Of a stretch of DNA of 32,000 nt, positions 30,880-32,000 are shown in pieces; positions within the stretch are counted from its first letter, which is position 1, and each line of letters begins with the position of its first letter. A program made the position numbers and the translations under genes. The stretch comes from Geotalea uraniireducens Rf4 (lineage in GTDB: Bacteria > Desulfobacterota > Desulfuromonadia > Geobacterales > Geobacteraceae). Under the pieces are notes generated by a model. It was not told the origin of the DNA, did not search any database, and saw only the letters and a program-made list of their open reading frames with translations. The stretch covers positions 1,170,001 through 1,202,000 of the forward strand of contig NC_009483.1 in the NCBI RefSeq assembly GCF_000016745.1, written 5' to 3'.

Positions 30880-32000
30880 GTGGGACCTCCCGCGAAATCT
30901 CAAGTGTCGCTATTTCCCCCTCGTTGTAAACCGTCTTTTCGTACCTGACGATAGGCTTGCCGGTGCTTTTGATGATGCCGTCCGTGCCGCCTTTCCTGAT
31001 CATGATGTTAAGCGGAAACAGCCGGCGGATATCTTCGTTTTCGGTCGGAGTGCAAGCGACTATTTGAACGCCGTATTGACGCGTCAGGGCTATTACCAGA
31101 CGAATGAAATCGATGTTGGTACATGACCCAAAGGGGTTGTCGAGCAGCATTACGTTGCCACCCTGGCCGTCGACCGACAGCAGGTTGCATATAGCCAGGT
31201 AAAAAAGCACTGCCCCGGACAGCCTTTCTCCGCCGGACCAGGCGTTTAGGCCGGTCGGGTGCTCTATCCCCTTGTAGACTGTCGTGGGCGAAGTGTCCGG
31301 TTTGAGCGTCTCGATGATATAAGCCTTACCGAGAACGGCTGACAGGGCGGTATGGATTATCTCGTCTCCAGCGGGGAGGACTCCGGGTATCTGCGAGATC
31401 ATGGTTACCGTATCGGCAATCGCCTGCCGTGAGGTATCGCTATCGATTTCGATGCGGGTCCGGAACTGGATGAATGGTTTGCCGGACCACTCTGCCCAGA
31501 TACCACCGAGAGCCGGTACCTTGCTGCGGGTGGCGAGTTTGCTGAGATACCCGAAAGCCTTCTTGACGTCCAGCACGACCTGCTCGACAACCTTCTGCTC
31601 GTTTCTCTCATGCTGGCTCAGTTCAAATTTCAACGACTCTATGGCGTTGTGGATCCTGTCAAGGAAACCCGTCACGTCTTCCTTCAGCACTCCACCGGAC
31701 CTGCGCTGCTCTTCCTTGATCAGCGAGCCCATGGAGGCGATCGGCGCGCACAGGTCCTGATCCAGAAGCTCGGCGAGATCAATGTTGAGAGCGCCCAGGT
31801 CACGACCCAGTGAGTCCCGCTCTGTCGACGCCAGCTTCTCCGCCTTTTTAGCGGCAGCGAGGTCCTGCTGTGCTTCCTGGAAATTCGCGTAGGGAGCGCA
31901 GACCTCATCCGCCACCTGGAGGTCCGAAGCAAGAGTAGAAAGCAACTGGACCTGGTACTCGGCACTTGCCAGATCAGCCGCTCTGTTGGCTACGGCCTCG
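30866..32000 (-). CDS. SMC/MukB-like ABC ATPase, C-terminal coiled-coil and head (JetC-like); 5' end outside window
   Basis: The frame stays open to base 32000 (EAVANRAADLASAEYQVQ precedes the track TTG). Long heptad-like coiled-coil segment. Signature-like AWSGGERLSGAV; Walker B VMLLDNPFG; MukB-like tail YGVQIVACTPTENEDI. Confidence 0.55.
   Translation of the reverse strand, partial: EAVANRAADLASAEYQVQLLSTLASDLQVADEVCAPYANFQEAQQDLAAAKKAEKLASTERDSLGRDLGALNIDLAELLDQDLCAPIASMGSLIKEEQRRSGGVLKEDVTGFLDRIHNAIESLKFELSQHERNEQKVVEQVVLDVKKAFGYLSKLATRSKVPALGGIWAEWSGKPFIQFRTRIEIDSDTSRQAIADTVTMISQIPGVLPAGDEIIHTALSAVLGKAYIIETLKPDTSPTTVYKGIEHPTGLNAWSGGERLSGAVLFYLAICNLLSVDGQGGNVMLLDNPFGSCTNIDFIRLVIALTRQYGVQIVACTPTENEDIRRLFPLNIMIRKGGTDGIIKSTGKPIVRYEKTVYNEGEIATLEISREVPHATS

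Overview
GC-rich chromosomal segment that looks Geobacter/Desulfuromonadales-like. This is judged only from gene content and the characteristic intergenic palindromic repeats; no search was run. There are three blocks. (1) 1-11.5 kb holds two tandem, clearly diverged porin-cytochrome (Pcc-type) extracellular electron-transfer modules. Each has a porin-like beta-barrel, a periplasmic 8/9-haem cytochrome and lipoprotein multihaem cytochrome(s). A DUF3108-like membrane protein separates the two modules, and a small secreted beta-rich protein follows them. (2) 11.5-27.2 kb starts with a short lower-GC islet (YezD-like, Cys-rich mini-protein, NifX-like). It continues with a long plus-strand gene string centred on a Desulfovibrio-gigas-type molybdenum aldehyde oxidoreductase (Mop). 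Around Mop sit a fused FAD/Fe-S/CCG oxidoreductase, a Zn-ribbon mini-protein, a SAM methyltransferase, a C_GCAxxG_C_C protein, a radical SAM enzyme, a PaaK-like adenylating ligase, XdhC, a MocA-like NTP-transferase-HD fusion and a histidine phosphatase. The accessory set goes well beyond canonical molybdopterin-cytosine-dinucleotide maturation and is my main candidate for an uncharacterised system. (3) 27.2-32 kb is a minus-strand, visibly lower-GC island. It carries BrnT/BrnA, a DUF1016 (YhcG) PD-(D/E)XK nuclease coupled to an unknown 118-aa protein, a 225-bp nested palindrome, five iteron-like GTTAATATC repeats, and a Wadjet-like pair. That pair is a JetD-like Toprim protein plus the C-terminal part of an SMC/MukB-like ATPase with an unusual D-N Walker B; the ATPase runs off the window. 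Several families of REP-like palindromic repeats fill the intergenic junctions of block 2 and generate spurious ORFs. No rRNA, tRNA or CRISPR array was seen. All functional calls rest on motifs read by eye and on remembered family signatures.
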